A stretch of DNA of 63,063 nucleotides, counting the filler, from Rhabdomonas costata (lineage: Eukaryota), in NCBI GenBank assembly GCA_019059605.1. It is 36 parts of 36 records of this genome, joined end to end, with 100 filler letters (N's around TTAATTAATTAA, not from the genome) between each part and the next. Parts side by side here need not be neighbours in the genome. Positions count along the whole stretch, not along the records: positions 1 to 1,657 come from JAHMHO010011198.1; positions 1,758 to 3,413 come from JAHMHO010011199.1; positions 3,514 to 5,170 come from JAHMHO010011200.1; positions 5,271 to 6,926 come from JAHMHO010011201.1; positions 7,027 to 8,682 come from JAHMHO010011202.1; positions 8,783 to 10,438 come from JAHMHO010011203.1; positions 10,539 to 12,194 come from JAHMHO010011204.1; 29 more parts are not named here. One strand, 5' to 3'. A program made the position numbers and the translations under genes. This document shows positions 1 to 12,110 of the stretch, piece after piece (the first letter of the stretch is position 1; the number at the start of each line of letters is the position of its first letter). The notes under the pieces were generated by a model, which was given only the letters and a program-made list of their open reading frames with translations, ran no database searches and was not told the origin of the DNA.

Positions 1-249
1 AACACCTTCACCAGTCTCCCTCCGCTTAGTGTCAACCGCTTGATCAGACCGTGAACTCTCCCCTGCTAAACTGAGCATGGTGGTCTTCACCTCTCTCAGT
101 GGGGGCGCCACATCAATCGCAATCCTCACCCCTTCACCATGAAATGGACTTCCACTATCCTCCAACTCAGCTTCCAAAATTCCCGTTGTGGGCAATGTGA
201 TACTAAAAGAGTCTGCCGCTGGAAGCGTCTGCATCTCGTAGATCCTCCC

Positions 250-600
250 CTTTCCTCAAACACGCACCAACCTCTTCCTCCAATCAATGTGCGGCTGCAA
301 CCTCTCCAGAAACGTGTAACCCAAGTACCAGTGGGATCGCTGTCTTAATTACTCGCAGGTGTAACTTCACTGGCATCTGTCCCAACCTGGCCTGAACTCG
401 AACAAAGTGCGTCACCGGCAAACCTTCCCAATTGGCTACTCTAACTGTCAACTTCTGCTGCAGGGGGTGTACCTGCAACCTCAACTCGCCAACGACATCT
501 TGACTAATAAAAGAGTCTGAAGCACATGAGTCAAACAATGCTCGCACTTGTTTAGTACCAATCACCAAAGGTAGGGAAAAAAACGGCTGAAAGAGGGGGA
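250..600 (-). mobile_element. Decayed Ty3/gypsy aspartic protease region
   Basis: VRALFDSCASDSFISQ (retropepsin DSGA-like motif)..LTVRVAN..IPLVLG, then a frameshift to FLERLQPHIDWRKR, the typical post-protease motif. Confidence 0.85.
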
Positions 601-923
601 GGGTCTGGCAAATCTTCGAGCAAGCCACTCCACTCAAGTTCTGTTCTCTGAAACGGCAATACGAACAACGGTACTGAACAGCTACTCTCACCACCACGAA
701 TGCTGGAAACAGATCTGATCTGTACATCTGGCCAACGCTCACTTAGCCATACGAAATCCTCTTCACCAATCGAATTCCCCAACAAAAAAACATCTCTGCT
801 CACAGAAAGGCTCCTTATGTGAACTGAACTCCATCTGAGAGAGAATTCTCAATATGTACAAAGCGCTCTGGGCTCCACCTCAAAGCTGGCAAACCGTATC
901 CTGCAACTCCCATTGTTGCCAGT

Positions 924-1657
924 GTTGTCAGTTTGAACTCTCACCTCTGCTCCAAGAAGATAATGTCTCCACTCCTCCAAAGTGTAAACCAACTCCAACA
1001 TCTCCTTCTAGTGCACCGGGTAGTTATTTTCTGAACCTGTCAACTTCTTCGACATGCAAGCTACGAGATGCATCTTCACGTCATCTCCATCTTGAGACAA
1101 TGTCGCTCCAATGCCAACCTCCGAAGCGTCCGTATGCAACACCATAGGATTGCGAAAGTCTGGGGGCACTAGCACCGGGTGCTTCAATAACCTCAGCTTT
1201 AGCTCTTGAAACGCTATCTCCTGATCTTCTCCCCAATTCCATTTCACTTACTTCATCAAATCTGTCAATGGAGCTGCAAATGTGGCATAATATGGAACGA
1301 ACCTCTGGTAGAACACACAAAGACCAAGAAAGCTCTTCACATCCACTGAGTTCCTCAACATTGGCCATTTGTAAATCGCCATCAAATTCCTCGGCTGTGG
1401 CCTTATTCCATCTCTCCACACAATGAACCAACAGTACTCCACTTCTGGATGACCAAACACACACTTCTCGGGATTAGCAAACAGCTTCTCATTCCGCAAT
1501 ATACTATACAACACTCTCAACGCTTCAACATGCTTCGCCATGGTGTAAGTGTGCACCAAGATGTCATACACATATGCTCCAGTCGTTTCTCTCAGATCCT
1601 CCAGAATGAAGTCCATCGTCCTGTGGAACTTCGCTGGCGCATTGCACAACCCAAACG
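924..1657 (-). mobile_element. Decayed Ty3/gypsy pol fragment: reverse transcriptase + RNase H
   Basis: Translates to NAPAKFHRTMD..GAYVYDILV (degenerate YxDD)..LFANPEKCVF..VKSFLGL..YQRFV..AAPLTDL..W..QEIAFQELK..LHTDAS..GIGATLSQ..NYPVH*KEMLELVYTLEEWRHYLLG..VQTDN, with frameshift and stop codons. Confidence 0.93.
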
Positions 1658-1757
1658 NNNNNNNNNNNNNNNNNNNNNNNNNNNNNNNNNNNNNNNNNNN
1701 NTTAATTAATTAANNNNNNNNNNNNNNNNNNNNNNNNNNNNNNNNNNNNNNNNNNNN
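1658..1757. other. Artificial contig spacer (first of 35, spaced about 1.75 kb apart; the last is at about 61310-61409)
   Basis: N-run + TTAATTAATTAA (stop codons in all six frames) + N-run recurs at near-constant spacing, so the window is a concatenation of 36 similar-length contigs. Confidence 0.99.
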
Positions 1758-2272
1758 GTTGCGGTATTTCCGGGAATGGTTTTTGTTTTTTTTTTTGGGG
1801 GGGGGAGTTGCGGTCATTGGCTGTGCCGTTGTCTCTCAGACACTTTTGGCATTTTGGGTCCAGTGCTTCATTGGAATGCCAATTGGCTGGTCCGACTATA
1901 GAAGACCCTTAACCGTTTTGTGTGAATTTTTGCTTCGGCGAGGTGTTGTCCCGACTGGGGCTAAAATTTTTGGTTTCAAGAGGGCTTCAGGAGTTCGCGC
2001 CACTGAGCTGTTTAGCACACACCGTTAAACCCTTTGCTTTTAACGGCGTTTAATTTACCCCCGCCCCTCACCATTCCCTCCTATGTTAATGTCTGCAGCT
2101 GACTCGTGCAAGTCTGCGCAGGGAGGTGCGGATCAAGTCCTTTCCGCTAAAAAAAAATTCCACGGAAGCAACAAAAGGAAAAATGCCATCAGGCGCACGA
2201 CATGCAAAGGAATGCAGGCGCAGTCTCTGTCCGTCCTGACTAGAACCTATGCAGAAATGTGCGTGACGGGAA

Positions 2273-3382
2273 ATGGCTAGGCGCATGGCCAGCCTCGTTG
2301 CGGCGATCCTGTATTCATACCTGCCCATCGGCCTGCCTGCTTTTCCACTGCTGCTTGTGACACTTTGCTTTTAGCGGCGTCTGCCGTCTACAAGCTGAAG
2401 TCTGATCCCCTCGTTCTGTTTGCCTCGGGAGGCTCCGGGAAGGAGCTCTGCCAGCTTGCCCAGGTTTTTGTATTGCAGCTCAAGTTTCTTGAAATCCTTG
2501 GTCTCCTGTGCATTTTCTTCTTTTGTGACTGTAACTCTTTCGTTGGGGGGGGTGCTTCCTTTCCTCATGAGTGGTTGTGACCTCTATTGGTGCCCGCTGG
2601 CACGGTGTGATCCTTTTCTTCATTTGTTTTCATGTTTACCATTGACAAGTTTTGGGTATTCTCAGGTTTTGCAAAGCGAAATTCCGAACCTTACAAGAAA
2701 ATCATATAAAAAGAAAGTTCTTCAAAAAAGCCCTATGTGTAGTGTGTGTGTGTGTGTGGTAGACAAGACACTGTCCTGTTGTCGCCGCACCACATCGCAC
2801 ATCATTTTAGAACCCCCCAAGTGTATGCATACACACTGTTTTGAGATGTCGTGCGTGCAATTCTCTCTCCTCTCTCAGCGAAGTTTCAGTGAGCTCCAGA
2901 AGTTTTTTGACAAGGGGGAGAAGAAGCCTGACCCCAACGCCGCCCATCCCTATGGTTGGCCTGCCTTTCTCTCTCTCCCGGTGTTTTCCCGTCCTTTTCT
3001 TTCCTTCGCTTCCTCACATGCATTACAGCCCGTCATATCTTGTGTGTCAAACACTCTCCCATTATCCCATCATGATGTGCCTGCGCAAAACGCTTTCTCC
3101 GTGCGTTGTGTGTTTGTCGGGGAAGTTTACGAAGAAACCCGGCAGTATTGTCAATGTGAATGTTTGGCCAAGTCCTCATGTGTGCCCATCCGAGAGTACC
3201 GGAACATCACACCCGCACGAAGCGGTCCAGGATGTAGTGCTGCATTCCTTGATGCCTTGATGCCCGCCGTGTGCGAGTGTACGTGGTCACTGTTCTGGGA
3301 ATCTTTTGCAGGATGGACGGCTTTGATGGTGGCAGCCGTGCGGGGTGACGTGGAGATGGTGAAACTTTTGATACATCACGGT
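2273..3382 (+). CDS. Ankyrin-repeat protein, 5' fragment (resembles the Skd3/CLPB-type ANK-AAA+ N-terminus)
   Basis: Phase-compatible exons 2375-2463, 2879-2954 and 3312-3382 with GT-AG introns give ..ELCQLAQRSFSELQKFFDKGEKKPDPNAAHPYGWTALMVAAVRGDVEMVKLLIHHG. A first exon at 2273-2330 is tentative because it needs a 44-nt GC-AG intron. Confidence 0.7.
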
Positions 3383-3724
3383 GTATCAAAAGTTTCACCA
3401 TCTCCACAAAACCNNNNNNNNNNNNNNNNNNNNNNNNNNNNNNNNNNNNNNNNNNNNTTAATTAATTAANNNNNNNNNNNNNNNNNNNNNNNNNNNNNNN
3501 NNNNNNNNNNNNNTTGTGGGGGTTCCTCTGGGAGGGTCTCGCCGCTTATGCCTTTCCCCGATCTCCCAACCTAAGGGAATGATGTGGAAGGTGCACACGA
3601 CTACACACACCCTGTCCTGTGTAACTCTGCAGCGTTCCCACCCCTCACGCTCTGCAAACCCACCGCATCTGTACTCTCTGCATGGCCCTCCTGGTCTCCG
3701 CTCGGCTCTGGTCTGCGGCACCTC

Positions 3725-4375
3725 TGTAACAACAAAAGGCGAAAATAACGAGAAAAACACTCTGGAAAACAAAGTGACTTGAAATTTTTGGATTTCTTCA
3801 ATACCTAACGTGAAATTTGAAATCCTAGTCAAAAGAAGGAACCATCACCTTTTCAAACTGCCGCTGTGTAACACACCACACTGTCCGTCTTCTCCGCCTG
3901 CATCCGCTGAGGCCTTGTCTGTGAAAATCCTCTGAAATCTCGGCCCCCTCGTCTCTTTCACCTGTGAAAACTCTGAAAAAACGCTGGGGATGCATCCTTC
4001 TTCCTCTGAAAAACTACGAAAACATACCACCTGAATCGCTGCAATCGGGTCGTGTGCACGCATTCCCTTCCGTGCGGATTCCTCCCGTGGCCTGGCTCTC
4101 TGTCTCACCCGGGGTCTTCCACCACTGTCACTATCGGCCATCCGTCTATCACCTGGCTCTACTCTTCTCTACTCTCTCGCCCAGCTGTGGAGAGGTAGCC
4201 TGACCTAGCGTTTGGCCAGGAGCTGGATCACGAGAGGCTGAGATATGTCTCCGCTCACCTTGTCGGCTCTCTGGAATCTCTATGAAACCTCTGGAAACTA
4301 GTCTCTTGAAACACCTTGATGTCCTGGCTATCTTCCTCTGGAATGAGGAACACCTTGGTGACCTGGACCGTTACA
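3725..4375 (-). mobile_element. Putative LTR (about 650 bp, TGTAAC...GTTACA)
   Basis: Shares blocks with contig 9 (4213-4242 vs 14476-14505). Similarity stops exactly at CCGTTACA (4375 and 14623). The left boundary at TGTAAC 3725 is the less certain one. Confidence 0.55.
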
Positions 4376-5664
4376 GAGCAGCCCTGATGGGGTGGTATTC
4401 CAAAAAACACAAACACACACCGTACATTTGTGTCTGCCTTCCAACCGAAAACAAGGCCACAAATGCTTCCAAAATTGTTATAGTCTTTCGGCTGCATATG
4501 AGCTTTTTATATTGACATGGCCTGATATAACACTGCCAAATCTACGCGGCTTGCTTTCGATGGAAGTATTAGACGACATTCTTTAGCAAACAATTTTGAA
4601 AGCACATTGCAAGGAATCACCAGTGCACGAGTTATCCTAGCCGGTATGCTCGATATGCTCTTTTCGCAGATTTTCCACATCTTATGAGGTCTTAATTGAA
4701 AAAACTGCGTTCATTAAAAATAGCGCTACAGGACCAATTGGTGTCCGCCATCGTCATTTTGTGTACCATATGTGAATACCATATACTTTTTCAGATTATT
4801 TATGCTTCACGCACGCTCACGTGAAAAGTATCCCCCATAGTAAATATGGTACATCCAGATTTAGTCAACTTTGTTTTCCATTCAATTGCGGTTGTTTTCA
4901 ATAAATGTAATTGAATGCAAGAGAGCCTTCATTAGTGAATTCAAAGCCTGCAGATGAGAATGATTCATTTCACTTATGATGGAGTGTGTACCATTATTTG
5001 TTCTTTTTGTTGACTTTATTTACAAGATAAATTTACCAGTGATTCTCAATAAGTAATTTTTACGTCGTGCTCAGATGTCAAGGATGTTGATATGTTTGCA
5101 CAAATGTTGTTTTTACCTTTTTTGCATACTCTTGGAACAAAGTGGCTGTGGAATATACCCACCCCCAACCNNNNNNNNNNNNNNNNNNNNNNNNNNNNNN
5201 NNNNNNNNNNNNNNTTAATTAATTAANNNNNNNNNNNNNNNNNNNNNNNNNNNNNNNNNNNNNNNNNNNNCAAACTTTCGTTTCGCACATGAAAGACACA
5301 AAACTCTTCACGTGACCAGTGACCCGGTCATCGTACAGCACAGTGCCGTGGCAGAGTACATCGAGGATGGAGAGTTGGGTTGGGTTCCGGAACACAGGGG
5401 AATGAGAGATATAATTGTGTGACTGTGGTGGAAAAGGAGAGGAACGTGCGAAACTTTTCTCACGGGAACCCCGAAAGCAAGCGTGGGGAAAGCATCCCTA
5501 TTCTGCTTTTGGGAAGTCACATACTCCCCCTCCAACATTGAGTTACTTGACATGCCTCACCCCAAACGTAACGAGCCTCAACCGAACTCCATCCCAAACG
5601 GCAGCCGACGAAGACCGCCCACCAGCCACTCCTCCCACCTCCCGAGGTCCACCCCTCCGCGCAC

Positions 5665-6483
5665 CTTCAGCGTGCCGCCCACAAAGAACGCGTTGTGGTA
5701 CGAAACCACGTTTGGGTGTTCAGGCTGGCCCAGCCGGGCCAGCTCGGCTTGCAGCAGCCGCGTAGTCTCAGGCAGTGGTGCATGATGGTGGTGCTGCGCC
5801 GTGGGCACCGCGATGCACTTTAGGGCATACACCACTCCCGAGGAAAGGGCCTTCGCCTTGCGTACAGAGGCCTGCCGGCCCTGCCCAAGTACGCGGCCTG
5901 CAAAGAGGAGAAGGAGAGGGGGATGAGAGAAAGAAGGAAACTGGAAAGACCTAAGCTCGAATCAACCCCTGACGCAATTCAACCCCAACACGACACCAAC
6001 TCAAAAGCATATACGCTCTCAAAGCGGCTCACAGTCTCGTCGCCCTCACACTGGCCCCCTTGACCCACCAAACCAAATCAAGCATGTGAGTCTCGCAAGG
6101 AATGTGCTGGAAAAAAAGGGGGGGGGGATTCACACGCCGTCAAAGAAGTTCTGCGTCCGGGTTCAGCCTCGTCCCCCCTACCCTGCCCAACAGACAAACT
6201 GCCACCTGGTGCAATTCACACGACCGCGCAATTTTGTAAGATGGATTCCAACACAATGCTTGTGGAGAGGCTTCAAATGCCACAGCGGGCGCGTCAGCAG
6301 GGAGCACTAGTAGCGGACCCTGAGTAGTGCAGCAACGCTTGGGAACAGAATGGGCACACCAATCAGGAGGTCATCGTAGCTCATTACATGGTCCTGCGCC
6401 GGGGGGGCCGTCACTGGAGAGTCCCCCAGGGTCCCTACGGAAACTCCAAGGGAGCTGACGGTGACGGTTCGCCCATCAGGAAG
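5665..6483 (-). CDS. MAP kinase kinase (STE7 family), N-lobe fragment
   Basis: Exons 6483-6360 and 5897-5665 (GT-AG, phase 1) give MSYDDLLIGRVLGQGRQASVRKAK..VYALKCI..LLQAEL..EHPNVVSYHNAFFVGGTLK. Confidence 0.85.
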
Positions 6484-9400
6484 CTGTACACACACAAACC
6501 GTCAAAAGATTGGGCATGCACGACGTAAGAGCCGACGACACAATTCGGGCGTGTTTTGGACGATTTGATTTGACCAAGCTTTTTTTTTGACATCACATGG
6601 CAGCACAGGATTGATTTGAGCAAGCTCAGTAAGCAAAGCTATCGGACAGCCCCGAGGTGATGGAATTCCTTCCCCGCCCCACCGCATGATGCCAATCGAT
6701 GTAAGGAGGAATGCATCAAAACACACGTACGTGTGATGTGGTTAGCTCCACCCGGTAACTGAGAGATCAGTCTGTAAAATTACGATTCGCCCTATTTTCT
6801 TGCCGCTGGTCTCGGATGGATGTCTCTGAGTGTCTCCCAGTTGCCGGTGTAACTGAACACACGATGATGTGTCGCAGAAAGAAGAGGTTGGGCACCCCAA
6901 TTTTTGTGGCAGAAGACCCACCAACANNNNNNNNNNNNNNNNNNNNNNNNNNNNNNNNNNNNNNNNNNNNTTAATTAATTAANNNNNNNNNNNNNNNNNN
7001 NNNNNNNNNNNNNNNNNNNNNNNNNNGTGGTTTGTGATAAACATTCTTGAGTGAGACTTTTTGGTTTTCGTCCTGGATAACTTCGACATGTAACTCGTAC
7101 GCCGACATTTGAACTACACTGCCCACGCCTAAAACCAAAAAGTCTCACTCAAGAATGTTTATCACAAGCTACACGAGATGAAAAATGCAACAACCAATCT
7201 GTGACGTCCACAAAGGACTTGGTCAACACCGACACTTCTCTGAATGACTTCCATCACGAGAACCTGTCGATTATGTTACATCTATCGACTCGCCACCGAC
7301 ATGTCCTACATCTCCTACAGTTTCTCCTGGTTATCGAAATCACAGCCTGATCTGGATCACTGGGACCCGAAGTCAACTGCCACCACTGAGACCACAAGAG
7401 CGTTCAAAGCGGGACCCTGGTGTGTTGACCGCTGCGGCATCATCGTCCCATCTGGACTCAGGATTTCTTTCGATAGATTAAGACCTATCCTACCTAAGAC
7501 TTATTTACTGGATTTCAACCCCATCGCACGTTCACACCTGTTTCTGGTTCCACCCTGTTTCGTGCAAGAGATTTTCCATAGTTTTCTAGTGTTTCAATTT
7601 TCTGATTTTTCGCACAGTTCTAGTCAAAATCCATCCTATGATTTCCCATCTCGTCGTCAAATAGGTCCGGTCGCACCACTGTCGTTTCTTTTTCCTTTGT
7701 TCCCACCAATGCGCCAGTTCCATTAGTAAACGTTTCAACTTTAGCACATCCAACGTTTATTCTCTACCACTTTCATGAAAATATTCTGGTTTTATGGCTC
7801 ATTCATTCCGGAACATTTTCCGAAATACATATTTCCTTCCTTCTTCACCATTTTCTTTATTTAATTCGATGTGACTCTGCCTCCTCTGCTTCTTTTTGGA
7901 CAACTTTTTCGACACCAACTTCCATCAAAAGCCAAAACTGCTCGAAAATCCCGTGATTGATCACCGCGTACCCAGTTGTGGCCACTTTTCAGTTGGAAAT
8001 TCCGGTGTTTTTTTATATCGGACCCGCGGCTCTGACAAATCGTGGGACACAGATTTATGTGACACGACCCCACTCTGAAACACAGCCCTACAGACCACAC
8101 AACTAACCCCAAAAAGATTCACTCCAATGTGTCTTAGCTTTTTTACCTTTTCCTGGGTTTAACCTCTTTTACCTTTGCTCCACGTTTTGGGTTGGTTTAG
8201 TCATCAATCGAGAGCGGTGTGAGCACACCAACCGATACATCATCAAAAGACTGGGTTTTGACCAAGTGTCTGGTCCACATGCCCTTCTTGAGCAGGTATT
8301 GCTAGTTGTGGTGGATAGTGCGGCTAACCGTCCCAAGCCTCCCAGATGGACACCGGAACTGTTGCCGAGGAGGTGCGCATGGAAAGCGAGAGGTGGAACA
8401 TGATGTGCCCCCACGCTTAAACCAGATTCATAGGAAAGAATCGTAGAGAGAGCCAGGAAAAGATGGAATGAATAATTCCCTCTTTAGAAGAATCATTGAA
8501 AGATCGGCATGGGTGGATTGAGCGGACCGGAAGCGAGAGCCGAGGATTTGGAAGAAAAATCTTTCTCTGCCCCAATTTCTTTGCCCCAATTGTTACCTCA
8601 ATTGTGCTTGCCAGTGATTCGTTGGAAAGAACCCGACTATTGGATTGTGTTGTACTTTAGACTGGAGAAAATCCCAACAAAANNNNNNNNNNNNNNNNNN
8701 NNNNNNNNNNNNNNNNNNNNNNNNNNTTAATTAATTAANNNNNNNNNNNNNNNNNNNNNNNNNNNNNNNNNNNNNNNNNNNNGTCATCTTTGTGGAGTCG
8801 TTTTATTTGGTGACATGTAAGCTGCAATTCACTAAAATATCACTTGGTACATGAGAACTTGGCTATCACTTGGTTTTTTGAGAATCTTTACTTGTACCCG
8901 GTAGACGAGGTTCTTGAAAAATACTCTCTAAACCGATCAGTGTACTGAAATGTTAAATGCACATTACTGAAAATGTTGCTGTGTAATTGGCAGTACGTGA
9001 ATCACAAGCATTTGGGCACAAATTGCACGCTGTGTCGAATAAATTCTTGACAAATTGTAACACAGTGATTTACTTGTATTTTTAGCAGCATAGTATCGAA
9101 AGTACCCGTGAAATGGCACGCGATTGACACCATCACAGATTAAGCCACTTCACTTGTTAGTCGTAAGTGGTAACTAATGTGAAGCTCATGTGCCACACCG
9201 GCCATTTAATGACATTAACTTTGTCTGGATGTGTATTTGCATACTGTTGCCATTTTAGAGTTTTTCAATTAAACTCTGGATGGCTGCTAATAGTGGATCT
9301 CCAAAAAATGCCATCATATGTTTTTGGTAAATCTAGCACGGTTTAGGAGCACGGTTTGTACAGCATTTAATCTCATAACTGCAATTGGCCATCTAGAAGT

Positions 9401-9537
9401 GCAGTCATATCTTTTCTATATATTTTTTAGATATTATTTTGTACACATTGCGTTGTTGTACAACTAATAAAAAGCAACATCAATCTTGAGTTCCACACGC
9501 CCTCTTCGCACATAAGTCTATCAAGAAAAAACGACAC

Positions 9538-9591
9538 TTGAGAGCTAATGCCTGGTAGCAAGGCAAGCAGAAGCAGAATCGCGTAGCGCAT
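9538..9591 (-). CDS. First exon of a secreted or membrane protein (signal peptide)
   Basis: MRYAILLLLALLPGISSQ followed by a GT donor. Confidence 0.45.
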
Positions 9592-11210
9592 CCCACACAC
9601 GCAGAAACACGCTTTCACGCAGGATAGCGGCGATAATACCGCCAAATGCGCACTCCTGCCCCACAAATGAAGAAGCCATCATCCACATAAAATTGCTAGA
9701 ATATAGCATTTTCAATTCTAAAAACAACTGATAATACTTTCATAGCAAATTTCTGATGAAATCCCTCGCTGTCGATGGTGTCTCGCGGTCTCGTAAACAA
9801 GGCTGCCGTGGTAATTCAAATATTCAAATGACCACTATTAAAAGCACCTCTTTGTCAAACAAAGTAGTAGGTAAAAACGCGACTACCCAACTTTGGATGT
9901 ATTGTTTGGTTTACCACATTTTCAAGATGAGGCGTTGTGAGCCAAGAATTGGTGAGAGATCTGACACTAGAAGGGCTTCGTGCGCCACAATATCTGCATA
10001 GATCTAGTTTAAAAGTTTGAAACGCGTATGTTTCGTGGTGGTTTGGGCAGCTTTTTTGAAATTGATTCAGGAATTGGTTTCGGCGCGGCACGACGAGGAA
10101 CATTGAGATTTGGCCATGGGGATGATAAGTGCGAAAAGTCTTGTTTATGGTTCTGTTGCTTGTCAGCAACTGTAAAGCATGTTGTGTGTGAATTCTGCTG
10201 GTCGGATAATGGTCAGACTAACTTGAAGAAACACAAGAAGCAATTATCAGGAGCAAGAGCACAGAAGCACAGAAGGAATGGAGGCTGGAATAGAAGACAT
10301 GGCCTTGACGGCCTGCCAATGCAAGTGGGAGAGCTGAGAGCATGTGCAGGTGCGCCCACGCCGAAACACAAATGCTCGCGGTGCTGGTACTAGAGGGGCA
10401 AGAAGGGGTGAGAAGATGGTACACAAAAGAAGAGAGAANNNNNNNNNNNNNNNNNNNNNNNNNNNNNNNNNNNNNNNNNNNNTTAATTAATTAANNNNNN
10501 NNNNNNNNNNNNNNNNNNNNNNNNNNNNNNNNNNNNNNGGTGGTTGGGGACTTTCAATTTTTCTTTGCATTGCTTTGGGTCAACGCAAAGCCAGCCCTTA
10601 ATTCGAAGAAGCTGCATTTCTTGTCAATTTCATGCCATACCCTTCCTTGCTCATGCCCCTGTGTCGTCTTCCCTGGCGCAAGTGAAAATACTCACTTGTC
10701 GTCATGCTCCTTTGAAACCATATACACGGATAGCAGGGAAATCGTCACCCCTTTTCATTTGCAAAGGTGGAAATTCAACCACAAAAGCAAGCCGAGATTA
10801 TCATTGAAAGTAATCAATTTTCGGTTTTCGGTTTGCGTGTCGCTGAGGACGTCCCTTTTTGCCCTTTCGTTCTCACTTCGCGTGCGCGCTTGAGTGGGAC
10901 GAAAGAGCAACCACCACAGAAAAAAGAGATTGGATGACAACCGGGCAAAATATTCATTCCTCTCGGAGGCTACGTAACTAGCCAGCGCAGACATTCTCTA
11001 TCTACCATCCGACAAGGCAAATCTCAAATCTCAAAACTCAAAACTCAAATCTCAAAACACTTGATCGCATGCAAAACGAAGCCTTCACTGAAAAAATCAG
11101 ACAAAAATCAATGCCGACCGGTCAGAAAAAGACTGCCTGCCTGCCCTATCATGAGGAACAAACACACCAGGATTATGCAGGAGAGCAGAAGCCAATCTCT
11201 TCGCCCCCAC

Positions 11211-12110
11211 CTTGCTCTTGGGCAGCCTGAGCGCCAGTTAGTGTCTGGTACAGCTCCACAAATTCAGCGTGTCTTGATTCAGCCTGGAAAAAATGAACGG
11301 GAATGGGAGCAAAGCGAACAAAAGAGATATCTCTGCACTGCCATAGAGTCGGCTTGGTGGTTCCATGCCTGCTGAAGAAGTTGGTTGGCCCTTGATGTCT
11401 CTTCATTCAAACAGCAGCGCACCGCTGACCACTGCTGCGCACTCAAGAGCTGCAACGCAGAAAAGCATCAAAGTGAGATGTTCTTGCCTTTCGGATCATT
11501 TCATAAAGTGCCTCACACCCCAAACTCAGAACTACTCCACAACACATGGCTGGGTTCAAACTCGAAATTTATATATCCTTCTACTCAAGCATCCGGGCAC
11601 AAAAACCACAATCCACTGCCAAAGCCAACAGAAACACTGAATCACCACCGCGCCTTTGCGCCTTTAGCACACCAGTCACTTTGCAGTACTCCATATCTAC
11701 ACTGAAAGGTAACATGCAAGGGGATGTACACCTGAGACTCAATCGGGGATACGGTACTGCTGATCAAAGGAAGGGAACCCTGCAAGGCAGTGCTCAGTCC
11801 GGATATTGTCCTCGACGCAACCTGAGCCTGTCCCATCACAAGTGTTAAAAAAAATACAAAAATGCAAATGCACGCCCATGCCCGTGAAAAAATGCCCGAC
11901 CACAGCTGAAAATCATAAGAACTGAGTAACCTGCACTTCTGTGCGGTGAGGGCTGTCTGCCCTGAGGTGCTGGAGCACCTGAATGCTGTTCTGAACTGCA
12001 GAGGAGGCGTTCTGCCACAATTCGGGAGCGATATGCCCATCGACCCCATTGGTAGTGCATTCCTGGAGCCTTCTCAGGTCACCCAGCACACGCCCCGTGG
12101 TATCTCTCCG
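11211..12110 (-). CDS. Hypothetical protein, about 4 internal exons
   Basis: GC-rich open segments with phase-0 junctions after pyrimidine-tract AG acceptors: ..LQHLRADSPHRTEVQ / AQVASRTISG..SPIESQ / LLSAQQW..ANQLLQQ / AESRHAEFVELYQTL. The outer boundary near 12110 is approximate. Confidence 0.5.

Noticed and set aside
2420..3469. 349-aa ORF and most other long ORF-track entries
   Set aside because: They are read-through of introns or antisense to real exons; Cys/Phe/Val-rich composition reflects intronic TG and pyrimidine tracts.
5155..5170. A/C-rich 3' ends and G/T-rich 5' ends of many contigs, resembling telomere addition on nanochromosomes
   Set aside because: There is no constant repeat unit and contigs cut through genes; consistent with untrimmed low-quality read tails.
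6825..6835. TCTGAGTGTCT matching part of the Euglena spliced leader
   Set aside because: Only 11 nt, with no T-run or GT donor after it; chance match.
8169..8330. Possible chromodomain remnant (QYLLKKGMW) on the minus strand
   Set aside because: Too degenerate to support.
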